A stretch of DNA of 64,000 nt, taken from positions 62,034-126,033 of the forward strand of contig CANSMW010000002.1 in the NCBI GenBank assembly GCA_947648215.1, read 5' to 3'. The stretch is from an uncultured Clostridium sp. (GTDB taxonomy: Bacteria > Bacillota > Clostridia > TANB77 > CAG-508). Each line of letters opens with the position of its first letter. The stretch's first letter is position 1. Positions 40,182 to 50,829 of this stretch are shown here, piece by piece. The position numbers and the translations under genes are program-made. The notes beneath the pieces were generated by a model. It had not been told where the DNA came from. It saw only the letters and a list, made by a program, of their open reading frames with translations, and made no database searches.

Positions 40182-41546
40182 ATGACTAAAAAAGAACAAA
40201 GAACAAAGATAGAACAAGAAGAACTATTAGAGTATAAAAGAAATGGAAAATCAGCAAAAGAAATAGCGAATACAAAAGGTGTAGCATTATCAACAGTATA
40301 TGATAAGTTAGCAAAAATAGACCCAAAACTACTAAAAGAAGCGGAGCAAGAATGGCAACAACGAGAACAAGAAGAATTATTAGAGTATAAAAGAAATGGA
40401 AAATCAGCAAAAGAAATAGCGAATACAAAAGGTGTAGCATTATCAACAGTATATGATAAGTTAGCAAAAATAGACCCAAAACTACTAAAAGAAGCGGAGC
40501 AAGAATGGCAACAACGAGAACAAGAAGAATTATTAGAGTATAAAAGAAATGGAAAATCAGTAAAAGAAATAGCGGATATTAAAGGTGTATTAATATCAGC
40601 AATATATAATAAGTTAGCAAAAATAGACCCAAAACTACTAAAAGAAGCGGAGCAAGAATGGCAACAACGAGAACAAGAAGAATTATTAAATTATAAAAGA
40701 AATGGAAAATCAACAAAAGAAATAGAGGATATAAAATGTGTATCAATGGGTAGAAAATTAGCAAAAATAGACCCAAAATTAGTAGAAGAAGCGAAGCAAG
40801 AATGGCAACAACGAGAACAAGAAGAATTATTAGAGTATAAAAGAAATGGAAAATCAGCAAAAGAAATAGCGAATACAAAAGGTGTAGCATTATCAACAGT
40901 ATATGATAAGTTAGCAAAAATAGACCCAAAACTACTAAAAGAAGCGGAGCAAGAATGGCAACAACGAGAACAAGAAGAATTATTAGAGTATAAAAGAAAT
41001 GGAAAATCAGTAAAAGAAATAGCGGATATTAAAGGTGTATCAATGTCAACAATATATAATAAATTAGCAAAAATAGCCCCAGAATTAGTAAAAGAAGCAA
41101 AACGAAAAGGAAAGCAAAAACAAGAGAAAAGTGATGCAGGTATAGGGAATATTTCAATTATAAAAGAAAAGATAAAAAGTAGGGAGATTACGCAGAATGA
41201 TGTAAAAAAATATCGTTGTATGGTCGATGAAAAATATAACGAAGTAAGCTATGATGAGGTTATTACATTAATTAGAGCATATATTGCAACAAAACAGATA
41301 ACAGAAGGAATTCGATTTTTAAATATGATTATAAATAATCAAGACTTCCAATACTTAGGTATAGAAAAAATAAAAGATATGAAAATACAAGTAGAAAATA
41401 TTCAAAAACGACAAATAGCTCGTAGATTACTTAGAGCAGAAGAAAAAATACCAAACATTGTACAACAAACAGGATTGAAAGAAACAGAAATAATAGAAAT
41501 GAAAAAGCAAGCTTATACCAAAGGCGGAATATCCCTGGGAGAGTAA
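40182..41546 (+). CDS. Protein with six tandem 51-aa HTH repeats plus a unique C-terminal domain
   Basis: ORF track 454 aa. Repeat unit: EQEELLEYKRNGKSAKEIANTKGVALSTVYDKLAKIDPKLLKEAEQEWQQR. Confidence 0.8.
   Translation: MTKKEQRTKIEQEELLEYKRNGKSAKEIANTKGVALSTVYDKLAKIDPKLLKEAEQEWQQREQEELLEYKRNGKSAKEIANTKGVALSTVYDKLAKIDPKLLKEAEQEWQQREQEELLEYKRNGKSVKEIADIKGVLISAIYNKLAKIDPKLLKEAEQEWQQREQEELLNYKRNGKSTKEIEDIKCVSMGRKLAKIDPKLVEEAKQEWQQREQEELLEYKRNGKSAKEIANTKGVALSTVYDKLAKIDPKLLKEAEQEWQQREQEELLEYKRNGKSVKEIADIKGVSMSTIYNKLAKIAPELVKEAKRKGKQKQEKSDAGIGNISIIKEKIKSREITQNDVKKYRCMVDEKYNEVSYDEVITLIRAYIATKQITEGIRFLNMIINNQDFQYLGIEKIKDMKIQVENIQKRQIARRLLRAEEKIPNIVQQTGLKETEIIEMKKQAYTKGGISLGE
40212..41100 (+). repeat. 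153-bp tandem repeat array (six units, unit 4 shortened to 144 bp), coding
   Basis: Units start at 40212, 40365, 40518, 40671, 40815 and 40968. Units 1 and 2 differ by 1 nt. Confidence 0.9.
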
Positions 41547-41610
41547 ATACACAAAAAAACAGAACAAAAAAAGAACTTTGTTCTGGCTTTTTGCATCATA
41601 GAAAAGTAGC

Positions 41611-41811
41611 CTATAAGCTGTTCCAAAATTTTGTTGCGTTTTTTTGAATTTGTTTATTACTTTCATTTTCGAGATAAGTATACACTTCTTTAAGGAAAGT
41701 AACCTCATTTTGTCGAAAGTCAGTTCCCTCCGAAATGTTGGAAGAAATAATAAGCGGCTTTTCTTCCGGAGAATTTTTAACGATTGTCATGACTTGTGGA
41801 TATTTTTCCAT
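41611..41811 (-). CDS. Small hypothetical protein (66 aa)
   Basis: ATG 41811 after GGAAGGAGAA. MEKYPQVMTIVKNSPEEKPLIISS... Confidence 0.5.
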   Translation of the reverse strand: MEKYPQVMTIVKNSPEEKPLIISSNISEGTDFRQNEVTFLKEVYTYLENESNKQIQKNATKFWNSL

Positions 41812-42227
41812 AGTTTTCTCCTTCCATGATACATATTGTGACAATACTAATATATCACAAAGGAAACATAAAGTCAAATAATCTAAAAAATAAAAAAATA
41901 TTCGCCCAAACCTTGACAAGCCGTAAGAAAAAATGATATAATTTTTTAGTTATGAAGGATATTATTTTTAGATATTCATTTCAAACATTCTTATAAATTT
42001 AACAAGAAGAGGAATTAAGCCTTGTTAGAAGTAGGTTTTGGCAAAAAAGGAAAAGCAGACCTTTTTTACAAAACATACGGATACCTGTGTTTAAGAAGGA
42101 CTTCTTGATAAATAGATTTCATATAATGATTTCTAATCGCCAAAGGCGATAAGACAATCATTTATTCTTAAAAAGCATTCTTTATTCTAGGATGCAATTT
42201 CATTTTTCTGCTTAATTTAATATAGAG

Positions 42228-45200
42228 GTGATTTTTTTGGTAAAAGACGTAAAACACGAAAAATGCGTTCGAAAAACCTTTGCCAAAACAGAAGACAGTA
42301 TTGAAATGCCAAATCTAATCCAAGTACAAAAAGACTCTTACAATTGGTTTGTAGAAGAGGGTCTTGGAGAAGTATTAAAAGACATTTCGCCAATTATTGA
42401 CTATACTGGAAATCTAGTGCTAGAGTTTTTCGATTACTACATGGAGGAAAAGACAAAATATTCGCTAGAAGAAGCGAAAGAAAGAGATGCAACATACTCA
42501 ACAAGACTACATGTAAAAGTTCGTTTAATCAACCGTGAAACTGGTGAAATTAAAGAACAAGAAATCTATTTAGGAGACTTTCCACTAATGACTGACAGTG
42601 GAACCTTCGTTATCAATGGTGCAGAAAGGGTTGTTGTTAGCCAATTAGTACGTTCTCCAGGATGTTACTATGAATCTGACTATGACAAAACAGGTAAAAA
42701 AATCTTTACATCAACCGTAATGCCAATTCGTGGAGCATGGATTGAATACGAAACTGACTCAAACGATGTATTCTATGTTCGTATTGACCGTACTAGAAAA
42801 CTACCAGTAACCTGCTTATTAAGAGCCATTGGGCTAGAAACAGATACCCAAATCTTAGAAGTATTTGGAGAAGAAGATAAAATAATGGCAACCATCAACA
42901 AAGATCCAATCAAAAATGCAGATGAAGCCTTAATCGAAATTTACAAAAAATTAAGACCAGGTGAACTACCATCAGTAGATGCTGCAAGAAATCTATTTAG
43001 TGGACTATTCTTTGATGATAGAAGATATGACCTAGCAAAAGTAGGAAGATACAAATTTAACAAAAAACTAGGATTAGCTGGAAGAATTAAAAACCAAGTA
43101 GCTGCAAACGACATTGTAAGCCCATCTACAGGAGAAGTACTTGTTGAAAAAGATGGTGTTATTACAGAAGAATTAGCAAGACAAATTCAAAATGCAGGCA
43201 TCAATTCTGTAGACATTAAAATTGGAGAAAAAGCAGTTAAAGTCATTGGAAATGGTACAGTAGACATTCATGAATATGTTACCCTAAAAAACATTGTCAT
43301 AAAAGAAGATGTTAATTTTGCCGTTCTACAAAATATTTTAGAAAACACCGACAAAAAAGATGTTGAAAAAATGATAAAAGAAAGAATGGGAGAGTTAATT
43401 CCAAAACACATTACCACAGAAGACATCATTGCCTCTGTAAACTATGTAATGAACTTACAACATGGATTAGGATACATAGATGATATTGACCATTTAGGAA
43501 ATAGACGTATTCGTTGTGTTGGAGAATTACTACAAAACCAATTTAGAATTGGACTAACCAGACTAGAAAGAGTGGTTCGTGAGAGAATGACCATTCAAGA
43601 TTTAGATGTAGTAACCCCACAAACATTAATTAACACAAAACCAATCACATCATCGATTCGTGAATTCTTTGGAAGTTCACAACTATCACAATTTATGGAT
43701 CAAACCAACCCATTATCAGAATTAACCCATAAAAGAAGAGTATCAGCCTTAGGACCAGGTGGACTTTCAAGAGAAAGAGCAGGTTTCGAGGTAAGAGACG
43801 TACACTATACCCATTATGGACGTTTATGCCCAATCGAATCTCCAGAAGGACCAAACATTGGACTAATTTCAGCATTAACTTCTTTTGCGATTATTAATGA
43901 ATATGGATTTGTAGAAACACCATATCGTGTAGTGGATAAAAACACACACAAAGTAACCGATGAAGTAACCTACTTAAGTGCAGAAGACGAAGAAGGAGCA
44001 AGAATTGCACAAGCTTCCGAAAAGCTAGACAAAGAGGGAAATTTTGTAGGTAAAAAAATCAAAGTAAGACACTTAGACGATATTGAAGAAGTATCACCAG
44101 AAATGGTAGACTACGTAGATGTATCGCCAAAACAATTAGTATCTGTTGGTGCTGCCATGATACCATTTTTAGAGCATGATGACGCTCACCGTGCCCTAAT
44201 GGGAGCAAACATGCAACGTCAAGCCGTTCCATTACTAACACCGGAATCTCCAATTGTAGGAACAGGAATTGAATATCGTGCTGCCAAAGATTCTGGTATT
44301 ATGCAAATTGCTAACTCCAATGGAACCATTCATAAAGTAACTGGTGATGAAATTGTTTTAAAGACCGAAAAAGGAGATTTAGAAACATATCACCTACGTA
44401 AATTCAAAAGAACCAATGGTGGAACCTGTATTAACCAAAGACCAATTGTTGTAAAAGGAGAAAAAGTAAAAGCAGGAGATGTTATTGCCGATGGACCATC
44501 GACCGATAAAGGAGAAATGGCACTTGGTAAAAACGTATTAATCGCTTTTGCTACTTGGGAAGGTTATAACTATGAGGATGCTGTATTAATTAGTGAAAGA
44601 CTAGTAAAAGAAGACGTATATACCTCAATCCACATTGAAGAATACGATTGTGAATGTCGTGATACTAAATTAGGTCCAGAAGAAATTACAAGAGACATTC
44701 CAAACGTAGGAGAAGATAGCTTAAAAGATTTAGACGAAAACGGAATTATTCGTATTGGAGCAGAAGTAAGACCAGGAGATATTCTAGTAGGAAAAGTAAC
44801 GCCAAAAGGAGAAACCGAATTAACCGCTGAAGAAAGATTATTACGTGCTATTTTTGGTGAAAAAGCAAGAGAAGTAAGAGATACCTCACTTCGTGTACCA
44901 CATGGAGAAGAAGGAACCATTGTAGATGTCAAAATCTTTACTAGAGACAATTCCGATGAATTAGCACCAGGAGTAAACCAAGTTATTCGTTGTTATATTG
45001 CACAAAAAAGAAAAATCTCTGTAGGAGATAAAATGGCAGGACGACATGGAAACAAAGGTGTTGTATCAAGAATTCTACCAGTAGAAGACATGCCATTTAT
45101 GCCAGATGGAACTCCAGTTGATATTGTTCTTAACCCACTTGGTGTACCATCTCGTATGAATTTAGGGCAAGTGTTAGAAGTTCACTTAGGAGCAGCTGCT

Positions 45201-45968
45201 AGAGAACTTGGTTGGAAAGTAGCCACTCCAGTATTTGACGGAGCATCCGAAGAAGAAATTACCGAATTATTAGAACAATCAGGACGTACTCCAGATGGAA
45301 AAGTAACCCTATATGACGGAAGAACCGGAGAAAAATTTGATCATCCAGTAACCGTTGGTGTTATGTACATGTTAAAACTACACCACTTAGTAGACGACAA
45401 AATCCATGCTCGTTCTACGGGACCATACTCATTAGTTACCCAACAACCACTAGGAGGAAAAGCACAATTTGGAGGACAACGTTTTGGAGAAATGGAAGTA
45501 TGGGCATTAGAAGCATATGGTGCAGCACATACACTACAAGAAATTCTAACTGTAAAATCCGACGATACAGTAGGACGTGTCAAAACCTATGAAGCCATTG
45601 TAAAAGGAGAAAACGTACCAGAACCAGGCGTACCAGAAAGCTTTAAAGTATTAGTAAAAGAACTACAAAGTTTAGGTTTAGATGTTCGTTTATACTCAAG
45701 TGACGACCAAGAACTAGAACTAAAAGAAAACATCGAAGAAGGAATTGAATACAACCCAGAAAAAGACAAATCACAAAATATTCTAATTGAAGATGAATTA
45801 GCAGATGGATATGTAGAAGAAGACGAAGACGGAAACGAAATCGTAGACGACGAAGAAGAAACAGACGAATTATTCGATGACCCAATCCTAGACGAAGAAG
45901 ACGAAATGTTATTAGAAGACACCGATTTAGGAGAAGACAATTTAGAGAATGATAATGATATGATGTAA
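42228..45968 (+). CDS. rpoB: DNA-directed RNA polymerase beta subunit
   Basis: ORF track 1246 aa. The exact start is uncertain within the first ~10 codons. It has an acidic C-terminal tail. Confidence 0.95.
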   Translation: MIFLVKDVKHEKCVRKTFAKTEDSIEMPNLIQVQKDSYNWFVEEGLGEVLKDISPIIDYTGNLVLEFFDYYMEEKTKYSLEEAKERDATYSTRLHVKVRLINRETGEIKEQEIYLGDFPLMTDSGTFVINGAERVVVSQLVRSPGCYYESDYDKTGKKIFTSTVMPIRGAWIEYETDSNDVFYVRIDRTRKLPVTCLLRAIGLETDTQILEVFGEEDKIMATINKDPIKNADEALIEIYKKLRPGELPSVDAARNLFSGLFFDDRRYDLAKVGRYKFNKKLGLAGRIKNQVAANDIVSPSTGEVLVEKDGVITEELARQIQNAGINSVDIKIGEKAVKVIGNGTVDIHEYVTLKNIVIKEDVNFAVLQNILENTDKKDVEKMIKERMGELIPKHITTEDIIASVNYVMNLQHGLGYIDDIDHLGNRRIRCVGELLQNQFRIGLTRLERVVRERMTIQDLDVVTPQTLINTKPITSSIREFFGSSQLSQFMDQTNPLSELTHKRRVSALGPGGLSRERAGFEVRDVHYTHYGRLCPIESPEGPNIGLISALTSFAIINEYGFVETPYRVVDKNTHKVTDEVTYLSAEDEEGARIAQASEKLDKEGNFVGKKIKVRHLDDIEEVSPEMVDYVDVSPKQLVSVGAAMIPFLEHDDAHRALMGANMQRQAVPLLTPESPIVGTGIEYRAAKDSGIMQIANSNGTIHKVTGDEIVLKTEKGDLETYHLRKFKRTNGGTCINQRPIVVKGEKVKAGDVIADGPSTDKGEMALGKNVLIAFATWEGYNYEDAVLISERLVKEDVYTSIHIEEYDCECRDTKLGPEEITRDIPNVGEDSLKDLDENGIIRIGAEVRPGDILVGKVTPKGETELTAEERLLRAIFGEKAREVRDTSLRVPHGEEGTIVDVKIFTRDNSDELAPGVNQVIRCYIAQKRKISVGDKMAGRHGNKGVVSRILPVEDMPFMPDGTPVDIVLNPLGVPSRMNLGQVLEVHLGAAARELGWKVATPVFDGASEEEITELLEQSGRTPDGKVTLYDGRTGEKFDHPVTVGVMYMLKLHHLVDDKIHARSTGPYSLVTQQPLGGKAQFGGQRFGEMEVWALEAYGAAHTLQEILTVKSDDTVGRVKTYEAIVKGENVPEPGVPESFKVLVKELQSLGLDVRLYSSDDQELELKENIEEGIEYNPEKDKSQNILIEDELADGYVEEDEDGNEIVDDEEETDELFDDPILDEEDEMLLEDTDLGEDNLENDNDMM

Positions 45969-45983
45969 TAAAAATATATGCCG

Positions 45984-46008
45984 GTAGGGGTTGCATATCA
46001 TGCAACCC
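45984..46008 (+). repeat. GC-rich hairpin repeat after the rpoB stop
   Basis: GTAGGGGTTGCAT-atc-ATGCAACCC. Confidence 0.65.
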
Positions 46009-46146
46009 GTGCAAATCCCATAATTAAATAAAAATTCATAAACGTAAAATAATACACATAAAAAATTGCACAGCGGTGTCAATTATTTTACAAAACATGA
46101 AAAATAATATTACAGTACAAATTATATAAAAGAGCTACAAAGACAG

Positions 46147-46272
46147 GCAAGAAAGCCCCTTTAACAAGGGGGCTGTCGCCGGAAGGCGACTGGGGGTTCT
46201 TCTAAAGGAGCATTAAGAACCCTCCGTCAGGGCTTCGCCCTGCCACCTCCCTTGTTAAAGGAGGTTTCTTGC
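46147..46272 (+). repeat. GC-rich multi-hairpin element in the rpoB-rpoC spacer (possible structured RNA or REP-like insert)
   Basis: The outer stem GCAAGAAAGCCCCTTTAACAAGGG (46147-70) pairs with CCCTTGTTAAAGGAGGTTTCTTGC (46249-72). Inner hairpins: GTCGCC-ggaa-GGCGAC, GGGTTCTT...AAGAACCC, CAGGGC-ttcg-CCCTG. Confidence 0.55.
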
Positions 46273-46371
46273 AAAGCCTTCGTAGATTTGAGACGAAACA
46301 ATGATATGGTTGTATGCCATGAATAGCATCAACCAAAAAAAATCCAAACCGGAAGGGAGAAAAAACAAACC

Positions 46372-49300
46372 GTGGATGAATTAGAAATATTTGATAAATT
46401 AAAAATTGGTCTAGCATCAGATGAAAAAGTAAGAGAATGGTCAAAAGGAGAAGTAAAAAAGCCAGAAACCATTAATTACAGAACCTTAAAACCAGAAAAA
46501 GACGGACTATTTTGTGAAAGAATCTTTGGACCAACCAAAGATTGGGAATGCCATTGTGGTAAATACAAAAGAGTACGTTATAAAGGAATTGTCTGTGACC
46601 GTTGTGGGGTAGAAGTAACCAAAGCCAAAGTAAGAAGAGAAAGAATGGGACACATTGAACTTGCTGCTCCAGTTGCTCATATTTGGTACTTCAAAGGAAT
46701 TCCAAGTAGAGTTGCCCTAATGTTAGACATCTCACCAAGAAACCTAGAAAAAGTAATTTATTTTGCTTCTTACATTGTAACCGACAAAGGAACTTCAGGA
46801 TTAATTAAAACACAAGTTTTAACTGAAAAAGAATACCATGAAGCAGAAGAAAAATACGGAAGAGGTTCTTTCAAAGCAGAAATGGGAGCAGAAGCCATTC
46901 AAAAACTATTACAAGAAATTGATGTCGACAAACTAGCAACAACCTTAAAAAAAGAACTAGAAGGAGCGAGTGAGCAAAAGAAAGTAAAACTAGTAAAACG
47001 TTTAGACACTGTAGAATCATTCCGCTTATCTGGAAACAAACCAGAATGGATGATTATGAATGTAGTACCAGTTGTGCCACCAGACCTACGTCCAATGGTA
47101 CAATTAGATGGTGGACGTTTTGCCACCTCAGACCTAAATGACTTATACCGTCGTGTAATTAACCGTAACAACCGTTTAAAAAGACTATTAGAATTAGGAG
47201 CACCAGAAATCATTGTACGTAATGAAAAAAGAATGTTACAAGAATCAGTTGATGCCCTAATCGATAACGGAAGACGTGGAAGACCAGTAACAGGAGCTGG
47301 AAACAGACCTTTAAAATCCTTATCCGACCTATTAAAAGGAAAACAAGGACGTTTCCGTCAAAACTTACTTGGTAAACGTGTTGACTACTCAGGACGTTCG
47401 GTTATCGTTGTTGGACCAGAATTAAAAATCTACCAATGTGGTCTACCAAAAGAAATGGCAGTTGAACTATTCAAACCATTTGTTATGAAAGAATTAGTAG
47501 GAAGAGGGATTGCCCACAACATCAAAAATGCCAAAAGAATGGTAGAACGACTAAGACCAGAAGTATGGGACATTTTAGAAGAAGTTATTAAAGACCACCC
47601 AGTTATGCTAAACCGTGCACCAACACTACATAGACTTGGAATTCAAGCTTTTGAGCCAGTATTAGTAGAAGGAAGAGCCATCAAACTTCACCCATTAGTA
47701 TGTACCGCTTTTAACGCTGACTTTGATGGAGACCAAATGGCAGTTCACGTACCATTATCACCAGAAGCACAAGCAGAAGCAAGATATTTAATGCTATCTG
47801 TTAACAACTTATTAAAACCACAAGATGGTAAGCCAGTAACCGTTCCAACTCAAGATATGATATTAGGAAGTTACTACCTAACCATGGAAGTAAAAGGAGA
47901 ACCAGGAGAAGGAAGCTATTATAAAGATAAAGAAGAAGCATTAATGGCATATGCCAATGGAGACCTAGGATTACATGCCAAAGTATTTATCCGTATGAGT
48001 GCAAGCGATGAAGAAGGAAACGTTCGTACCAAACGAGTAGAAACCACAGTCGGAAGAGTCATCTACAACCAAGGAATTCCACAAGACTTAGGTTTTGTCG
48101 ATAGAACCGATCCAGAACATGAATTTGACTTAGAAATCGATTTTCCAGTTATCAAGAAAAACTTAGGAAAAATCGTGGCAAAATGCATTAATGTACATGG
48201 ACTATCGAGAGCCTCTGAGCTACTAGACTACATTAAAGACACTGGTTATAAATACTCTACAAAAGGTGCGATTACCGTTAGCACAAAAGATATTATCATA
48301 CCAGAAAAGAAACAAGAAATCTTACAAGCAGCAGAAGAAAAAGTAGAACACATCGCAAAACAATACAAACGTGGTTTAATTACCGAAGACGAACGTTATG
48401 AATCCGTTATTAAAGTATGGGAACAAGCAACACAGGATGTTTCTCTTGCTATGCAAGACAATTTTGATGAATTAAACCCAATCTATATGATGATTGAATC
48501 TGGAGCCCGTGGAAACATGAACCAATTACGCCAAGTAGCAGGAATGAGAGGACTTATGGCAAACACTTCTGGTAAAGCCGTAGAAATTCCAATTCGTTCG
48601 TCTTTCCGTGAAGGACTTGACCCATTAGAATACTTCGTATCAAGCCACGGAGGAAGAAAAGGACTAGCGGATACCGCACTTAGAACCGCCGATTCTGGAT
48701 ACTTAACTAGAAGATTAGTAGATGTATCCCAAGATATCATTGTTCGTGAGCATGATTGTGGAACCCATGAAGGAATTTTGGTATATGACATAAAAGACGG
48801 AAACCAAGTGATTGAAAAACTACAAGAAAGACTAGAAGGAAGATACCCATTAGAAGACATCATTGATCCAAAAACTAAAGAAGTAATTGTAGATACCGAA
48901 ACCATGATTACCGATAAAATGGCTGAAAGAATTGTAGAAGCAGGCTTTGAAAAAGTAAAAGTACGTTCTGCACTTGGATGTCATTCAAAACATGGAGTAT
49001 GTGCAAAATGTTATGGAATGGGTCTTGCTACCAGAACCGAAGTAAACATAGGAGAAGCTGTTGGAATTATTGCAGCACAATCCATTGGAGAACCAGGAAC
49101 ACAGCTTACCATGAGAACTTTCCACCAAGGAGGAGTTGCAGGAGGCGATATTACACAAGGTCTTCCTAGGGTTGAAGAATTATTCGAAGCAAGAAAACCA
49201 AAGGGTCTTGCGATTATCACAGAAATTGCTGGAAAAGTAAAAATAGCAGAAAACAAGAAAAAGAAAGAAGTTATTGTTACCTCTAAAGACGACTCGAAAA

Positions 49301-49953
49301 CCTATACCATTCCATTTGGCTCTAAACTACGTGTAAAAGACGGTGACGAATTAGAAGCAGGAGATCAAATTACAGAAGGTTCCATCAATCCAAACGAAAT
49401 TTTACTAATCAAAGGACCAGAAGGCGTATACGAATACCTAATTCAAGAAGTACAAAAAGTATACCGTAACCAAGGTGTTGATATTAACGACAAACACATT
49501 GAAGTTATTGGAAGACAAATGCTTAAAAAAGTAAGAGTAGAAGACAATGGAGATACCGACATGTTCCCAGGCTCTTTAGTAGACATGTACGAATTCGAAG
49601 ACAAAAACAAAGAGACACTAGCCGAAGGAAAAACACCAGCCACTGGAAAACGTACCTTACTTGGTATCACCAAAGCCTCTCTTGCTACCGAATCCTTCTT
49701 ATCGGCCGCTTCTTTCCAAGAAACTACAAGAGTACTAACCGAAGCTGCCATCAAAGGAAAAGTTGATCCATTAATCGGACTAAAAGAAAACGTTATCATT
49801 GGAAAACTAATTCCAGCAGGAACCGGAATGAATAAGTATAAGAGCATTAAGATTAATACCGAACAAGAACTAGATTTAGGACCAGAATTAGATTTAGAAG
49901 ATGAGGAATCACCAATACTTGAGAATACAAGGAATTTAGATATTGTAAAATAA
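46372..49953 (+). CDS. rpoC: DNA-directed RNA polymerase beta' subunit
   Basis: ORF track 1193 aa, GTG start. Contains NADFDGD. Confidence 0.95.
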   Translation: MDELEIFDKLKIGLASDEKVREWSKGEVKKPETINYRTLKPEKDGLFCERIFGPTKDWECHCGKYKRVRYKGIVCDRCGVEVTKAKVRRERMGHIELAAPVAHIWYFKGIPSRVALMLDISPRNLEKVIYFASYIVTDKGTSGLIKTQVLTEKEYHEAEEKYGRGSFKAEMGAEAIQKLLQEIDVDKLATTLKKELEGASEQKKVKLVKRLDTVESFRLSGNKPEWMIMNVVPVVPPDLRPMVQLDGGRFATSDLNDLYRRVINRNNRLKRLLELGAPEIIVRNEKRMLQESVDALIDNGRRGRPVTGAGNRPLKSLSDLLKGKQGRFRQNLLGKRVDYSGRSVIVVGPELKIYQCGLPKEMAVELFKPFVMKELVGRGIAHNIKNAKRMVERLRPEVWDILEEVIKDHPVMLNRAPTLHRLGIQAFEPVLVEGRAIKLHPLVCTAFNADFDGDQMAVHVPLSPEAQAEARYLMLSVNNLLKPQDGKPVTVPTQDMILGSYYLTMEVKGEPGEGSYYKDKEEALMAYANGDLGLHAKVFIRMSASDEEGNVRTKRVETTVGRVIYNQGIPQDLGFVDRTDPEHEFDLEIDFPVIKKNLGKIVAKCINVHGLSRASELLDYIKDTGYKYSTKGAITVSTKDIIIPEKKQEILQAAEEKVEHIAKQYKRGLITEDERYESVIKVWEQATQDVSLAMQDNFDELNPIYMMIESGARGNMNQLRQVAGMRGLMANTSGKAVEIPIRSSFREGLDPLEYFVSSHGGRKGLADTALRTADSGYLTRRLVDVSQDIIVREHDCGTHEGILVYDIKDGNQVIEKLQERLEGRYPLEDIIDPKTKEVIVDTETMITDKMAERIVEAGFEKVKVRSALGCHSKHGVCAKCYGMGLATRTEVNIGEAVGIIAAQSIGEPGTQLTMRTFHQGGVAGGDITQGLPRVEELFEARKPKGLAIITEIAGKVKIAENKKKKEVIVTSKDDSKTYTIPFGSKLRVKDGDELEAGDQITEGSINPNEILLIKGPEGVYEYLIQEVQKVYRNQGVDINDKHIEVIGRQMLKKVRVEDNGDTDMFPGSLVDMYEFEDKNKETLAEGKTPATGKRTLLGITKASLATESFLSAASFQETTRVLTEAAIKGKVDPLIGLKENVIIGKLIPAGTGMNKYKSIKINTEQELDLGPELDLEDEESPILENTRNLDIVK

Positions 49954-49980
49954 TGTAAAAGGAAGATAATATTTAACTAG

Positions 49981-50477
49981 GTTACTGAAAAAGTAGCCCA
50001 AAATTAGCTCTCAAAAATCGTGAACTAGAAAAAATTTTTCTAATTCACGATTTTTGTATGTTTTGATAGGTTAATGTGATATAATCAATACAGTTGAAAT
50101 GGCTGATATAACTGTGTTAAAAGAAAATAATCAGTTGTACATATAAAACACATGGACTATATGGAAACAGAAGAATTTGAAGAATTATATGCTGAAAGAT
50201 ATAAAATTGAAGCAAAAAATTCAGAACTAAAATCTAACTTTGGTTATGATACAGCAAATGCCTGTGGAAAAAATGGAATTACAATCCAAGGAGCTAGTGC
50301 ACTCTTTTTGGTTAATATAAAACGAATAATTAAGTTAAAGAAAAAATAGAAAATAATGGGTAGATATATCGATATATTTTATACTTTTTTACTATTTATA
50401 AGAAAAATCGTGAATTAGAAAAAATTTTTCTAGTTCACGATTTTTGAGAGCTAATTTTGGGCTACTTTTTCAGCAAC
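49981..50477. mobile_element. MITE-like / decayed IS element with ~73-bp near-perfect terminal inverted repeats
   Basis: The left end 49981-50055 is the reverse complement of the right end 50403-50477 (2 mismatches). Each arm also contains its own palindrome AAAAATCGTGAA(C/T)TAGAAAAAATTTTTCTA(A/G)TTCACGATTTTT. Confidence 0.75.
50152..50349 (+). pseudogene. C-terminal remnant of a DDE transposase
   Basis: ORF track 65 aa. ...YAERYKIEAKNSELKSNFGYDTA...IQGASALFLVNIKRIIKL resembles the C-termini of IS1182/IS5-group transposases. Confidence 0.55.
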
Positions 50478-50797
50478 CTCGCGAATCACTTATAGTGAAA
50501 GTGGAGCAAGAGAAAATTAGAACATGTATTGTTAAATATGCAAGTACAAATGAAGATAAGGACTGTATAGTAGGAGATGATGTAATAGGTTCATATATTG
50601 GTTATGACTTTGGAAAACCAGTAAGAATTATAGAAGTAACACGAAAAATAAGAATGCTTTCCTATAAAATACAATACTCAGATGATTTAGAAAAATGGAC
50701 CGACGATAGAAGCTGGAGTGAAAAATGTCTTTTATTTTTAATTGTAAAGTTTCCTAAAGTGTTGACAATAGTGAACAGATTATATAGAATAAAGTAG
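50478..50797 (+). pseudogene. 3' fragment of a discoidin (F5/8 type C)-like domain gene, truncated by the element
   Basis: ..SYIGYDFGKPVRIIEVTRKIRMLSYKIQYSDDLEKWTD.. The reading frame begins inside the inverted repeat. Confidence 0.45.
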
Positions 50798-50829
50798 AAA
50801 TTAATTATAAGAATAAGCGAGGGAAACTT

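Noticed and set aside
40186-40929. Minus-strand ORFs 40186..40479 and 40579..40929, and the possibility that the 153-bp repeats are a CRISPR array.
   Set aside because: The repeats are contiguous with no unique spacers. They are in frame and encode HTH modules on the plus strand. The antisense ORFs are repeat shadows.
45587-46014. Minus-strand ORFs rich in Ser and Leu.
   Set aside because: They are antisense to the acidic low-complexity tail of rpoB.
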